Part shown: in pieces, positions 1-12,481 of the stretch
How the letters are laid out: the number at the start of each line of letters is the position of its first letter
How positions within the stretch are numbered: the first letter of the stretch is position 1
Source of the DNA: a bacterium
GTDB taxonomy: Bacteria; UBA8248
Assembly (NCBI GenBank): GCA_965213685.1
Contig: CBDBZY010000016.1
Location: 1-64,000, forward strand
DNA: 64,000 bases
Direction of reading: 5' to 3'
The notes under the pieces: generated by a model
The model's database searches: none
Told to the model about the DNA's origin: nothing
What the model saw: only the letters and a program-made list of their open reading frames with translations
Translations under genes and position numbers: made by a program

Positions 1-762
1 ACACTCCATGGCCAGCGCACATGCACACACATGCACACAGCACAGCATGTGCACTGCTCCACACTCAACAACACTGAGACCAGTGCAGTCATAGTCTCAG
101 CGACATCACTGCCTGCCTGTGCGCATGTATGCCTGTCACAGTTTTGGCCCCCTGGGGGGCAATCCCACACTATGGGTAAATGTGCAAACATACATAGCTG
201 CCTCAATAGGCACACGCACATCACACTTCAAATGCTGCCCACACACTGTGCTGTGCCTGGCGGCCCACAGAGTGCCAGTTGTGCTCTGTGCACACGTATT
301 GTGTGTACCTGCACACACACAGTGCAGAGCCTGTGCCTCCCCACACTTCAGAGAGTTAGGAGCAAACACAGCCAGCTCAATGGCACCATTGGCTGCATGC
401 AAGGGGAGGGGGGGGAGGAGAGGGGGGGGGGGGGGGGGAGTGAGTGAGGGAGGGAGGGAGGGAGGGAGGGAGGGAGGGAGGACTATGGGAAGCACGAGGG
501 AAGAGGAGGGAGAGAGGGAGGGAGGCAGGGGGGGAGGAGTGTGGGAGGCCCGAGGGAAGAGGGAGGGAGTGGGGGAGGGGGGGAGGAATGGGAGGGAAAA
601 GGGAGGGAGGGGGGAGGGCGAAAAGAAGTCTAGCTCAGGAGAAAAGGAGAGAGGGAGAGCACTGCACGCTCAGTGCCTGGGGATTCCCCCTGGGATTCCC
701 CCTCCCCCACAGTTGACATGTGGTTTTGAACAGCTGCTGCTGCCACGTGCCCTACCAGCTGC

Positions 763-870
763 TGCCCAGTGGCTCAGTTGGTAGGAGCAGTGGTCTAAAA
801 ACTTAGTTGTCACGTGTTCAAATTCCAATTGTTACTGTCTGCCCTGAATGCATGCCTTGCTTTTGCCTCG
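763..870 (+). mobile_element. tRNA-derived SINE-like element (degenerate)
   Basis: Pol III A box TGGCTCAGTTGG (770-781) and B-box-like GTTCAAATTCC; no intact cloverleaf; duplicate at ~55945-56050; lies next to the point where MIB1 copies 1 and 3 are truncated. Boundaries approximate. Confidence 0.55.
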
Positions 871-1525
871 GGTCTCCCAAGTGCAAAGGTCAGTCTCCTA
901 CAGCTCCCTCACACCACACACCGCGCCAAAGTTCATCGAAGCCACACCCACCTTGTTCCTTCCTGTCACAGTCTCCTTGCACAGAGGGCACCTCTTCACC
1001 CTCCCCCCACACCCCTCACAGGTTGCCACGTGTCCACACGGCAACAGAACCTCCTCCCTCTTGGCACAGCCACACACCAGACACTCCACTACAGCAGAGC
1101 CATTGGAGGACTATATAGAGGGAGGGAGGGAGGGAAGGGCAGGAGGGAGGAAGGAGGAGAGGGGAGGGGAGAGGGAGAGAGGGAAGGAGGGATTCAGAAA
1201 CAGAGAAGGAGAGGGGAGGTGAAAGAAAGGGGGGGAGGGCGTGAGTTGAAGATGAAAAAATGGTACAGCACATAAGGCACCCATGTAGCCCCTAGCAACA
1301 GGCTCCACCCGCCCACTGCCCAGTGGGAGCCACCTTGACCACCTTGTGCTCCTCACTGCACTCCTTCAGCAGTTTCATGAGAGTGGGGTCAGAGCAGAGG
1401 TTGAGGGGAGTCTGGTTCTTCTTGTTCCTCACCTGCACACCATCACACATGTCACCATCACCACATGCACATCACACATTTCACCATCACCACACTCATG
1501 CATGCACACACACATGCATGTGTGC

Positions 1526-1769
<244 letters not shown>

Positions 1770-3967
1770 GGAGGCTGGCTCCAGTGGAGCAGAGGAAGAT
1801 GGCAATACTGGCACTGCTCTTCTTCTCAGAGGACACAGCCACCATCGCCTGGAGGGAGGGGGGGAGGGAGGGAGGTAGGGAAGGAGAGAGAGGGAGGGAA
1901 GGAGGGAGGGAGGGAGGGAGGGAGGGAGAAAAGGAGAGATAGAGAGAGCACGGTTGGCAAAGAGGGTAGGAGAGAGGGAGAGTGAGGGACGAAGAGAGAG
2001 GGAAGAGAGGGAGAAGGTAAAGGAATGAAGTGCACTTAAAGGAAAGCATACGACTTGTGTTTCCATGGCAACAGCAGGTGGCTCTCTTGGCCACACCCAT
2101 CTTCGTGATGTCCTGGTCGCTCTCCTTCAGCTGCCTCAGCTGGGACATGGTGTGGTGGTGGAGGGCCTCAGCAGGGAGGGGGTCCCCAAACTTGTCCCCA
2201 AGGTCAGAGTTCGCTCCCTCCTCCACCAGCAGCCTCACTATCTGTATGTTCCTCCTCTCCACCGCCAGATGGAGGGGAGTCTGCTGGTTGATGTTCTGGA
2301 CATCAGGACTGGCCCCCTGGGGGAGGGGGGGGAGGGAGGGAGGGGAGGAGAGATACACTTCTGTTAGTCTCTTTCCAAACAGCCCGGCCAATGAGTGAGG
2401 CTGTTGCTGGACCATTCCCTTTCCTGTTAACCAATCATGCCATCTCATCAATCTCTCGCTCAATCTCCATTCCTTCCCTCCCTCCCTCCCTCATTCCCCT
2501 TCCTCCCTTCATCCCTCCCCCCCTCCCCCCTCCCCCCCTCCCTCACGTGCTGCAGCAGGGCCTGGGCTGCCTCCAGGTGGTTGTTGAGGGCCGCCAGGTG
2601 GAGGGCAGTGAACCCATCGTCCTTCGGCCCATCCACCCCACACGAGGGGGGCAGGCTGGGGAGCACCTGGCGCAGGGCACCGATGTTCCCTCTGGGAGGA
2701 GGGGGGAGGGAGAGGACACAGAGAGATCATATTCAGAGGAGGGTTGACACAGTTAACCTTTACGTGACCTTTTTCAATTAGGGATTATGTCATCCATGCT
2801 TACTGTACTAAACCACCTTAGAATAATTTGCCGTTTTTTTCACCTGCGAGCCCCGACGATCTTCGCTTTAAACAAGTATCAGGACAAAGTTTAGGCCTTT
2901 TACAACATGTTTGACTTTTGAGCCCAGCGAGTTAAGCAAGCTGAGTTGCTAAATAACTTAGTGAAGGGCTAGCCTCTGGGTCTAGCCATTGACTAAGCTA
3001 TTTGAATCCATTGTGTTTGGCTGTAGTGATGTCCGCCCCTCCCTCCCTCATCTGTCTGTCTGTCTGCCTGTCTGCCTGTCTGATTCTTGCTTTTCAGTCT
3101 ATTCATCTGCCCAACCCTCTCCCCTCCCCTTCCCTCCTCCCCCCCTCCCTCTCTCCCCCTCACCTCAGCACTGCATGGTGGATGGAGTTGAATCTGTTGT
3201 TGTTGGCTGTAGTGATGTCCGCCCCTCCCTCCAGCAGAAGCCCTACCATGTCATCTCTCTTCTTGGAGATGGCATCGTGCAGTGGAGTGTCTCCCTCAGA
3301 GTCCTGCAGAGAGGGAGGGAGGGAGGAGGGAGGGAGGAGGGTGGAGAAATATGGTAGGAGAGAAAGAAAATGAACTGTTTAGTTCATCATACTCTCCTGA
3401 TCCCTCCCTCACTTCTTCACTCCCGCCTCCTCCCTCCCTCCCTCCCTCCCTCTCTACCTCTCTCCCTCCCTCACCTGCAGGCTGGGGTGGCACTGGTGCT
3501 GCAGCAGGACCTTAATCACACTCACGTGGCCCTTGTTCACGGCCACGTGGAGCGGAGACTGCTTGCGGCGGTTCCTGGCATTGAGGTCCACCCCATGCCT
3601 GGCCAGGAGGTAGATAATGTCTGGCTCATCCCCAAAGCTTCACCAGTTCCTCAATCGGATTGGACGACTTGTGCTGCTCAAACATGTGCCGCAGCAGCTG
3701 AGAGACATTCTCTGGGGGAGGTGAGAGGAAGGGGGTGAGGGGGGGAGAGGGGGAGGGGAAGAGGGTACATACATGTACATGTACAGTAGTACATGAAAAG
3801 GAGGACTGACAGACAGACGGACAGACAGAAACAAAATAGGCAGGCAGGCAGGTAGGCAGGGAGGCAGGCAGGCAGGTGGACAGACAGACAGACAGACAGA
3901 GAGACAAAATGTGGAAGAAAAAGTGTTCTCTATAAGGGAACAGCCTATCAACTTTGCCTGCTGGCTG

Positions 3968-4040
3968 GGCTCTTCAGCTCAGTCGGTAGAGCGTCAGCAT
4001 ATAAAGCTGAGAGTCGTGGGTTCGAGTCCCGCAGGAGTCC
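3968..4040 (+). other. tRNA-like cloverleaf (SINE head or pseudo-tRNA), copy 1
   Basis: GGCTCTT/AGGAGTC acceptor, GCTC/GAGC D stem, TCAGC/GCTGA anticodon stem, GTGGG-TTCGAGT-CCCGC T arm, followed by TTTTT; position 8 is C here. Confidence 0.65.
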
Positions 4041-5691
4041 ACTTTTTCTTAGTTCAGTTAGCCCCACCCTCTCTCACATGAATCGACCAGTAACTCCTCT
4101 CCATCAGGGGAGGAGCCACACTGCATGTATACATACATGTATACGTACATATTCCTACCTATTCCTGTAATGATAGGTCTCCCTCCTCCAAGCAAGCCCC
4201 ACCCCTCTTCCCAGTAAGCCCCGCCCCCTCTCTCACATGAATCATTGACTCCACCCACTCCCCGTGGCCGGTCTGGAGCAGCTTCACTGCCTTAGCATTG
4301 GACGATATCTTGACAAAGTCCCCCACCTGGAAACCATCGTCACCGAAGGGGGCGTGGTCAAATGTGCCGGGAGGACTGGGGATGGTGAGTGGTGGGAGTC
4401 CGTCCTGAAGCTGTTCCGGGCTGGATGGAGCCGGGACCTTCTTGAGCACTGCAGGGTTCAAAGTCCACCTGAGAGAGGGAGGAAAAGATGGAGGGAGGAA
4501 GAGAGGAAGAGGAAGAGAGAAAGAGAGGGAGCGGGAGAGAGGGAGAGAGGGAGAGAGGAAGAGAGGGAGGGAGAGAGCAATGCATGGAAGTAGGCAGAGA
4601 GAAAGGGAGAGGGGAGGAGGGAGGGAGCGAGGGATGGAGGGGGGAAGGGAGGGGAGGGGAGGGGAGGGGAGGGTAGGAGGGAGGGACAGAGGTGGCCAGG
4701 GCGGTAGGGGGGAGGGGGAAGGGAGGGGAGGAAGGGGGGAGGGTCAGAGGTGGCTGGAGTGGTAGGGGGAGGGTTGGGCTGACCTGTTCCTGCTGGGGTA
4801 CTGCACCACCACATCGTGGTCCTCATCGATGCCCCTGACCACACCCACTGTACCGATGACCTGGTGAGAGAGGAGACGGTGGGTCACTGTAAGGAACACA
4901 TTACAATGAGCAGCTTTGAGTACAGCTGAATGGCCAATCCCTCTCTCTCTCCCTCTCTCTCTACCACCCAACCTCTCAACCGAGAGATGGAAGAGGGAGG
5001 GAGGGAGGGAGGGAGCGAGGGATGGAAGGGAGCGAGGGATGGAAGGGGGAAGGGAGGGGAGGAAGGGGAGGGAAGAAGGGCGGTAGGGGGAGGGTTGGGC
5101 TGACCTGTTCCTGCTGGGGTACTGCACCACCACATCATGGTCCTCATCGATGCCCCTGACTGCACCCACTGTACCGATGACCTGGTGAGAGAGGAGATGG
5201 TGGGTCACTGTAAGGAGCACATTACAGTGAGCACAGCTGAACGACCAATCTCTCCTTCCTGCCCTCCCTCCCTCTCTCCCTCTCTCTCTCCCTCCCCTCC
5301 CTCCCTCCCTCACCTCCACCATGCTGTCACTCCACCCCCCATGGCCTGTCTGCAGGTTCTTGACTATCTCCACGTCCAGTTCAATGCTCACATGATCCCC
5401 GGGAGAGAACATTCTGATGTTGGCCTGCTGGTCTTCCCCTAGCAACGGGAGGTGGTCTCGATAGAAACTGTAACCCTTGGCATCTGTGACCACCTTCAAG
5501 TCTGACTGATGGAGGGAGGGGGAGGGAGAGAGGGAGGAAGGGAGGGAGAGAGGGAGGGAGGGAGAGGGAGGGAGGGAAAGAGGGAGGGAGGGAGGGAGGG
5601 ATGCAGATGTACTCTCTTATGACTACAAGTACACCCATGTACATGGATTAGAGGTCTGTCCCTCCCTCACCTGCCTCCCCTTCCTCCCTCC

Positions 5692-6095
5692 TAGTCTCGC
5701 CAGTAGATGTAATATGCGGGGAATTACATGCACACCTGGTGACTATGGCTAGCATTTCGTGTGCTGGAGGAATGTGATTATTCCGTGTAACATACGCAGA
5801 CTCTAGTTAACCCTTTTGGACCACGAGTAGACAGATGGCAGATGGCAACTTTGGGTGTCAAAGATCTGACAGCGTGTTTGCTTTGTAGGATGGTCTTGGC
5901 ATTATCGATTGGTTTCTCTAAGAGCGCCATTCTGTTCTCTATCTGCCACGTCTCATGTACACACAGGGTTAATTGTAGTAATTATGTGAATACTGTAATC
6001 TGATTGGTGCCGCCAACATTCCGGCAACATCCACGGAATGCTGGCCATAGTAACCAGATGAAATTCTCTGCGTATTCCGTCTGCTCATGAGACTA
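5692..6095. mobile_element. non-autonomous DNA transposon (MITE), TA at both ends, ~35 bp imperfect TIRs
   Basis: Left TAGTCTCGCCAGTAGATGTAATATGCGGGGAATT; reverse complement of right end TAGTCTCATGAGCAGACGGAATACGCAGAGAATT. Only its right ~80 bp survive in MIB1 copies 2 and 3. Confidence 0.75.
5811..5968. mobile_element. piggyBac-like MITE nested in the TA MITE
   Basis: TTAA|CCCT...AGGG|TTAA ends; weak subterminal inverted match (TGGCAGAT / ATCTGCCA). Confidence 0.5.
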
Positions 6096-6507
6096 CCTCC
6101 CTCCATCCTCCCTCTCCTCCCTCCCTCCCTCCCTCACCATCCCATCCACTCCCATCCGGTAGAGGTTCTTCACTCCGTTGTCCCACACCACGTAGGCTGC
6201 GCTCTGAGGAGTGCTGGCACTCCAGTCCTGAGCCTGCAACACCTTCCCCTTGCTCCCTGACCCACCTGCAGGGGAGGGAGGGAGGGAGACAAGAGATGCG
6301 TGAGATATCATTCCCTCCCTTCTCCCTCCCTCCTCCCTCCCCTCCTCCACCTTCCTTTCTTCCCCGTCCCCCTCATCCCTCCCTTCTCCCTTCCTCCTCC
6401 CTCCCTCCTTCCTCCCTCATCACTCCCTCCCCCTCCCTCTCCCTCTCCCTCCTCCCTCCTCCCTCCTTCCTTCCTCCCCCATCCCTCCCTCCTTCTCCCT
6501 CCATCCA

Positions 6508-6606
6508 TCCTTCCTTCCTTCCTTCCTTCCTTCCTTCCTTCCTTCCTTCCTTCCTTCCTTCCTTCCTTCCTTCCTTCCTTCCTTCCTTCCTTCCTTCCTT
6601 CCTTCC
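6508..6606. repeat. (TTCC)n tetranucleotide repeat within a polypyrimidine intron
   Basis: ~25 TTCC units, absent from the homologous introns of copies 2 and 3. Confidence 0.95.
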
Positions 6607-9600
6607 TCCCTCCCTCCCTCCCTCCCTCCCTCCCTCACCATCCTGGTCCTCCCACTGCCAGTCCACTCCCCTCACTACGGAGAGATGGAGTGAGAGAGGA
6701 AGAGAGGGAGAGAGGGAATGAGGGAGGGAAGAATAGAGGTAGGAGATGGTAGGAGAGAGGGAGGGAGGGAGGAGCGAGGACTGGAGGGAGGAGAGATGGA
6801 GTGAGAGAGGGAGGGAGGGAGGGAGGAAGGGAAGGAAGGAAGGAAGGAGGGAGGGAGTGAGTGAGGGGGGCACGAGGGAGGGCAGGGGGTGGGGTGCAGT
6901 GTGCGTATACTAGCACACAGCACTGCACACAGCACAGCAGTGCCCCCAGCCGAGGTCCTGGTGCCCTGCCACCTGATGGACAGGATGCTGTGGGCCCAAT
7001 GCACAGTGCACTATAATGGCACAATACACATGTACACTGCATGTCTATACACAGGTACATGTACATTGCACTGGCACAGTCACACGCCATGTGGTATGTA
7101 CGTACATGTGCATGTCCACCACATGCATGTGATGATGTCAGCAGCACTCGGTGGCAGTAGAGGTATTCTGCAGCCTCAGAGCAGCCCCCACACTCACACC
7201 TGAACTGGCACAGCCTCACACCACACCCACCACCTCTGGCCGGGACTGAGGGAGGGAGGGAGGGAGGGGGGGAGGGAGGGAGGGAGGGAGAGAGAGGGAG
7301 GAAGGGGGAGAGGGGGGAAAAGGAGAAAAGGAGAGGGGGAGGGAGGAAAGATGGACAGAGGGAGAGAGAGATCAAGAGAGAAGAAAGAAGGAAGAGAGGG
7401 AAAGGGAAGGAGGGAGGGAGGGAGAGGGGGAGAGAGGGAGAGAGGGAGAGCACTGCACACTCAGTGTCTGGGGATTCCCCCAGGGATTCCCCCTCCCCCA
7501 CAGTTGACATGTTGTGGTTTGAACAGCTGCTGTTGCCACAACACAATTGGAGCACTTACTGTGCCTGTTCCACTGTGGCCCTCCAGGAGGGGCCTCCAGG
7601 TGTGTGCTCATGTGGTGGGCATGTCTGAGTGGCTGGCAGCTGAGGCCACGCCCCCTCCCCTCCCTGGAAGAGCACGTGCACATCCACAGCTGTACATACA
7701 TGTACATATGTGCACCTGAATCACGGAGAGAAGGGAGGAAGAGGGAGAGGGTGAAGGAGGTTGATTAACGGACCCATTTCATGGAATCACTGATATTATC
7801 ATCGTGCACAGAATACATGTACACCATATCTATCCTTCACACAGTACCCCCTTCCCCCCTCCCTCCCTCTCACCCTCCCTCCCTCCCTCCTTCCTTGTCA
7901 CCTTTTTCATATCTCCTGCAGCTGGTGAATGCCATGTGACTATCACATGACTTGCATCACCCCAGCATCCACCTCTCAACACATCACACACTCCTCCATC
8001 TAAGGGAGAGAGGGGGAGAGAGAAAACAGGGCGTGCCACATGTCTGTGTGTGTAGCAGATCACAGCACACCATTTCCACTAGTGAGTCACTGCCAGTGGC
8101 CAGTGAGCCAACACTCAATGAAAATCACAACTCACAACACACACACTCCATCCTCTAATTAACGCCACCTCAATGCTTTCTACAGCCACTACTCATGATG
8201 TTTGTGTCCAACTGAGTATCATCCCTGGAGCTGAGGCCACGCCCCCTCAACCAGCCCCTCCCACCCCTGGCTGCTGACACCTACACAGCACGCTGACTCA
8301 TACATCTATGCTATAGCAGGCAACGTGTGGCTCCAACTAACGCCCACCTTCCTCCAAGTTGGCTGTTCTGCTCTCGGCCGTGACTTTGGCGTTGGCTGGA
8401 AAAGCAAGAAAGGCGGACGAGGAAGGAGGAGACAATGACGTCACTGCTGGAATGGAACAAGACAAATACAGCAATACCTTTCACGGGGCGGACGTGGAGC
8501 TCTTTCTAACTCTGTTCTCTCTCTGCGGCCACTGCGAGCAGGCGCCTGAGAAATGGTGCCATTACATCACTCAGTGGCAGTGGAAACTGTCTTTGTAGGG
8601 ACACGTACGTACTAACGCAGTACTGTCTTCAACAGCTGCCACTCTAGCTCTATGGTGCGTGCATGCACAACTCGAAGTGCTCACGTGCGCACGAGCAGCA
8701 GCCCCGCCCACCCCATGCCCACGGTCCTCGTGCCAGCAGCTCCACCCACGTGGCGTGGAGCGCGTGGAGCCAACCGTGAGCAGAAGAGCTGGAGAGGAAG
8801 AAGGATTGAGAGAGACAGGTATTGGGTGAGTAGTGATTGTGGGGGGAGTGAGGGCGTGGGTGGGGGAGGGGGGAGGGGAGGGGAGGGGTAGTGAAGGAGC
8901 TAGGGGAGGGTGAGGTGAGGGTGGCTGGGGACAGGAAGGCCATACAGGTGTCCCCATGGCAACAGAGGGACAAACACTCCATCATGACCCTCCCTCTCCC
9001 TCATTCCCTCCCCCTCCCTCGATCCCTCTCCCTTTTTCCTTCCCCTCCCTTCCTCTTTCCTCACCTACCCCTTCCATCTCCCCCCCACCTCCCCTTGTCC
9101 CATCCTCTCTCCCTCTCTTTCCCTCTCTCCTCACCTCTTCCTCCAGAACAGGCAGACCAGTAATGATAGGCCTGTGGATGTGAGCAGACAGACAGACACT
9201 GGACCACATCCCACTCCTGCGCACACACCACCTGATGAACACATCATTTCTTCACACGTACCTCATGTTTGGTGACAGCTAGCTGACAGCCCTCTCTCTC
9301 CCTCCCTCCCTCCCTCCCTCCCTCCCTCCCTCCCTCCCTCAGACAGATGAAACATGAAATAACAGAATCTGATGGCACTGGGTGTGAGTGGTGTTGCTAT
9401 GGAACCTGCACTCTCCTGGTGACCTAGTGATGGTGATGGGTGGAGGGGAGAAGGGGGAGGTGATGGTGTGGAGATGTGACACTGGTGAGTGTCAAATGTA
9501 CAAGAGGAGACTAGTGGTAGTGATAATAGCTATGACCTCATTGGCCCATTCTCCCTCACAGGTGAACTGCCCTCCTCCTACTCCTCCGGCCCTCTCCCCC

Positions 9601-10444
9601 TCCCACACTCCCCCCTCTCATCCCTCACACACCACCCCTCATCTCTTCTCACCCTCTCCACACTCATCCACCTCCCTCTTCACACACTCACACACACCCT
9701 CACCCCTCACCATTCTATGGATACATTATGAGAATTGATACATTATGAGATTGATTATTTGGGTAATTAGATTGCCGTAGCCATGGTGACATTGTAATTA
9801 TGTCATACTAGATCAGCTATCATTCCTAGCCATACTGACCGCAGCTGACACGATCATGGTGTGGTGTGGGATGTGTTAGCCAGCGCTGATATAGCTCACC
9901 TTCGCACATGCCAGCAGCAAAGCCACACCCACTTCTGCACTAGCAGATTATGCTTTGTGTTTCTAACATGTACCCAACCCATGCCCCCCCTCACAATCCA
10001 TCCCACCTTCTTGCACAGGAGAGGAGTAACTGAAGGGCACCCTCACCCCTTGCCTCCTCACCTGTTTTCACACACTCACACTCCCACCCTCACTCCTCAC
10101 CACATTTCCCTCCTTATATGGTCACACTAGTCTCATAAACTAGGGCTCTCGAGTCTCAACCTTCATTCATGAGACTATATTCACACTCACACCCACACCC
10201 CTCACCATCCCATCTCCCTCCCCACACCCTCACACCCCCTCACCCCTCACCATCCCACCTCTATCCTCACACTCACAGGACCAAGCACCACCCACTGTGC
10301 TCCATAGTATCACTACAGGTGCTCTCTGTCCTGGAGCAGTGGCTGCTCATCTGCTGCGTGTGGGGGCCATAATTGTATCAATTATGTGCTCTTACCTTAT
10401 ACTGAACCGCTCGTATTATGGAATTCAGGGTATAAGCAAAACAG

Positions 10445-10452
10445 TGACGTCA
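10445..10452 (+). promoter_or_regulatory. CRE/ATF-type palindrome TGACGTCA upstream of Kelch-Roc-COR-Death copy 1
   Basis: ~50 bp 5' of the ATG; same motif at the equivalent position in copy 2 although the surrounding upstream DNA barely aligns. Confidence 0.4.
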
Positions 10453-10499
10453 TAATTATCGGCTCATGCAACCCATTGATTGTAGCATAGAGTACAGTT

Positions 10500-11046
10500 A
10501 TGGCCTCCCGCAAGCACAAGAACTACGAGCCCATGCCGAGGTTCCTCCACATCTCGGCACAAGTAGCCAAACAAATTGCAATATATAGTGGCAGGACAGC
10601 AGACGACTCGGTGGAGAACAGAAAGAGCTTACAATCGATCGTTGAGCTCTACGACCCTCATACTGAAAAGTGGGAAGCCAAGCGGTGCACGGGAGAGGCG
10701 CCGGTCCCAGGACTGTACGCTGCAGCCGGTGCATCGTACAGTGATGCGTTATATACTTACGGGGGGCGGGATGGTGATGGCAAGTTGGTCAATTCCCTGC
10801 ACCGGCTTAGCGCCAACACCTTTCGCTGGTCGGAACTGTCTCGCCGGAATAAAGGTGTGTCTCCGATAGCCAAGAGCGGAGCTGGAATTGCGGTCTGCGG
10901 CGATATGTTGGCCGTGTTGGGAGGCTACGGCATACCACACGGCCCTATAGCTACCCAGCGTGCGGGATCATCATTCATCAAGAATACCTCCGAGTCAGAC
11001 GGCAGAGGGTGGACCAGTGAGTTCCACATCTACCACCTCAATGAAG
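10500..11046 (+). CDS. Kelch repeats 1-3 (exon 1 of copy 1)
   Basis: Kelch motifs IAIYSG..YDPHTEKW, LYTYGG..LSANTFRW, LAVLGG..YHLNEG(VW); GT donor at 11047. Confidence 0.85.
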
Positions 11047-12481
11047 GTACGCATACATGTACAACAATGACTAGAATTTGCAGCTGGCCTTTGGTTATTT
11101 GTTGTTTGGGTATACATTACCCCAGCTCTTCCCAACTCTGTTGGCTTTAGGCTTTTGAGGTGCAGGTTTTCCCTAGGGTGTAGTTCTGGTGTTTGTGGTG
11201 GATGTATTCTGAAGCCACAATCACTAGGGCTCACCTTGGGGTACTTAAACCAGTGGGGCTAGAGCAGCTTGTACATTCATGGTGCTGATAAGAGGCAACC
11301 AGCTTGAAGCAGCTGTCTGCCATTGCCTGGCTTGCTCTGGCCCACCTGATTTGATCATGTACATACATGCACACTGTACTCACAGAACTGCACTACAACA
11401 TGTGTAACACTTTTGCATTGATGGCTCCCTGTAGCTAATGAGTGTAGTACTGCTGTTCCCATTCCTCATTCTGCTATGGCATGTTAGCACTCCCCACACT
11501 GCAGGTGTGTGGAGCTCCCCTGCCACCACTGGAGAGAGACCTCCGTGTGCTTGGTTCTCCCTCACCTCCATAGACAAGAGGAGGGCTGTCCTGTTTGGAG
11601 GGTACAATGAAGAGCAGGGCGATACGAATGATGTGTACATCATTGACCTACAGAGTATGGTATGTGAGCTGATGAATTATTGATTGCTAGTACAGCATAT
11701 GATGTAGTACATGTATCTTGTACATATATATTGGTTACAGAGCCCAGACAGACTTGTGTAGGTGTTGCATGGGCTCATACATGTGTGTCTGGGCTGTGCA
11801 AGTTATTTGTTGTCAGTTGAGGCTGGTATAGGGTTGCAGCTCTGTTTGCAGTAGTACAAGAGATATGACTAATGGTTTGGATGTGATGCATTATGTAGCA
11901 AGTTCCAAAAATAGTGTCATTCCCAAGATTTGTCCATGCAGCGTTATTTATTGCACTAGCCTTAACTCCAGTGGCCAATGTGTTATCTGGTACACTGTGT
12001 TGTGCATTGTGGATTGTTAGTTTTTCTTTCCTTAATTGTTAAAGCTTATTGATACGTGCAGGTTGAAAGGTTGGCAGTTGGAATGGTGGTGGAGAGACAG
12101 TTTTCCTTTCCTTGTTAAAGCTTATTGATACGTGCAGGTTTTGATACACTTGATGTGCAATATGGCCTGTGGGAAGAGAAGTTGGTCTCTGTTTGTGTAG
12201 TTATATGCTGAACTGTCTGTCACTGCAGCACTGGACCAAACTCAACAAGTCAGGAGGAGGACCTTGGCCAGAGGAGAGGTCATCGCATCTGCTTGCTGTC
12301 TGAACAATGGCCAGCAACACCCTCAACTGCTGGTCACTGGGGGATGGGGCAGACAGAACAAGGCACTGGGAGATGCCTGGATTCTGGATGTGGAGAGTGG
12401 GAGGTGGAGGAAGGTGAGGAGGAAGTGTAGCTGTACTGTACACTCTGTGATGGTTACTATACACATAGCATAGTCCTGTGG

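Noticed and set aside
2753-2935. TTAA-flanked segment as a piggyBac element
   Set aside because: No inverted repeat inside the TTAAs; treated as foreign filler at a deletion junction
3968-4040. Annotating the cloverleaves as functional tRNA-Tyr genes
   Set aside because: Non-standard ATA anticodon, purine at 32, wrong identity elements, position 8 mutated in one copy
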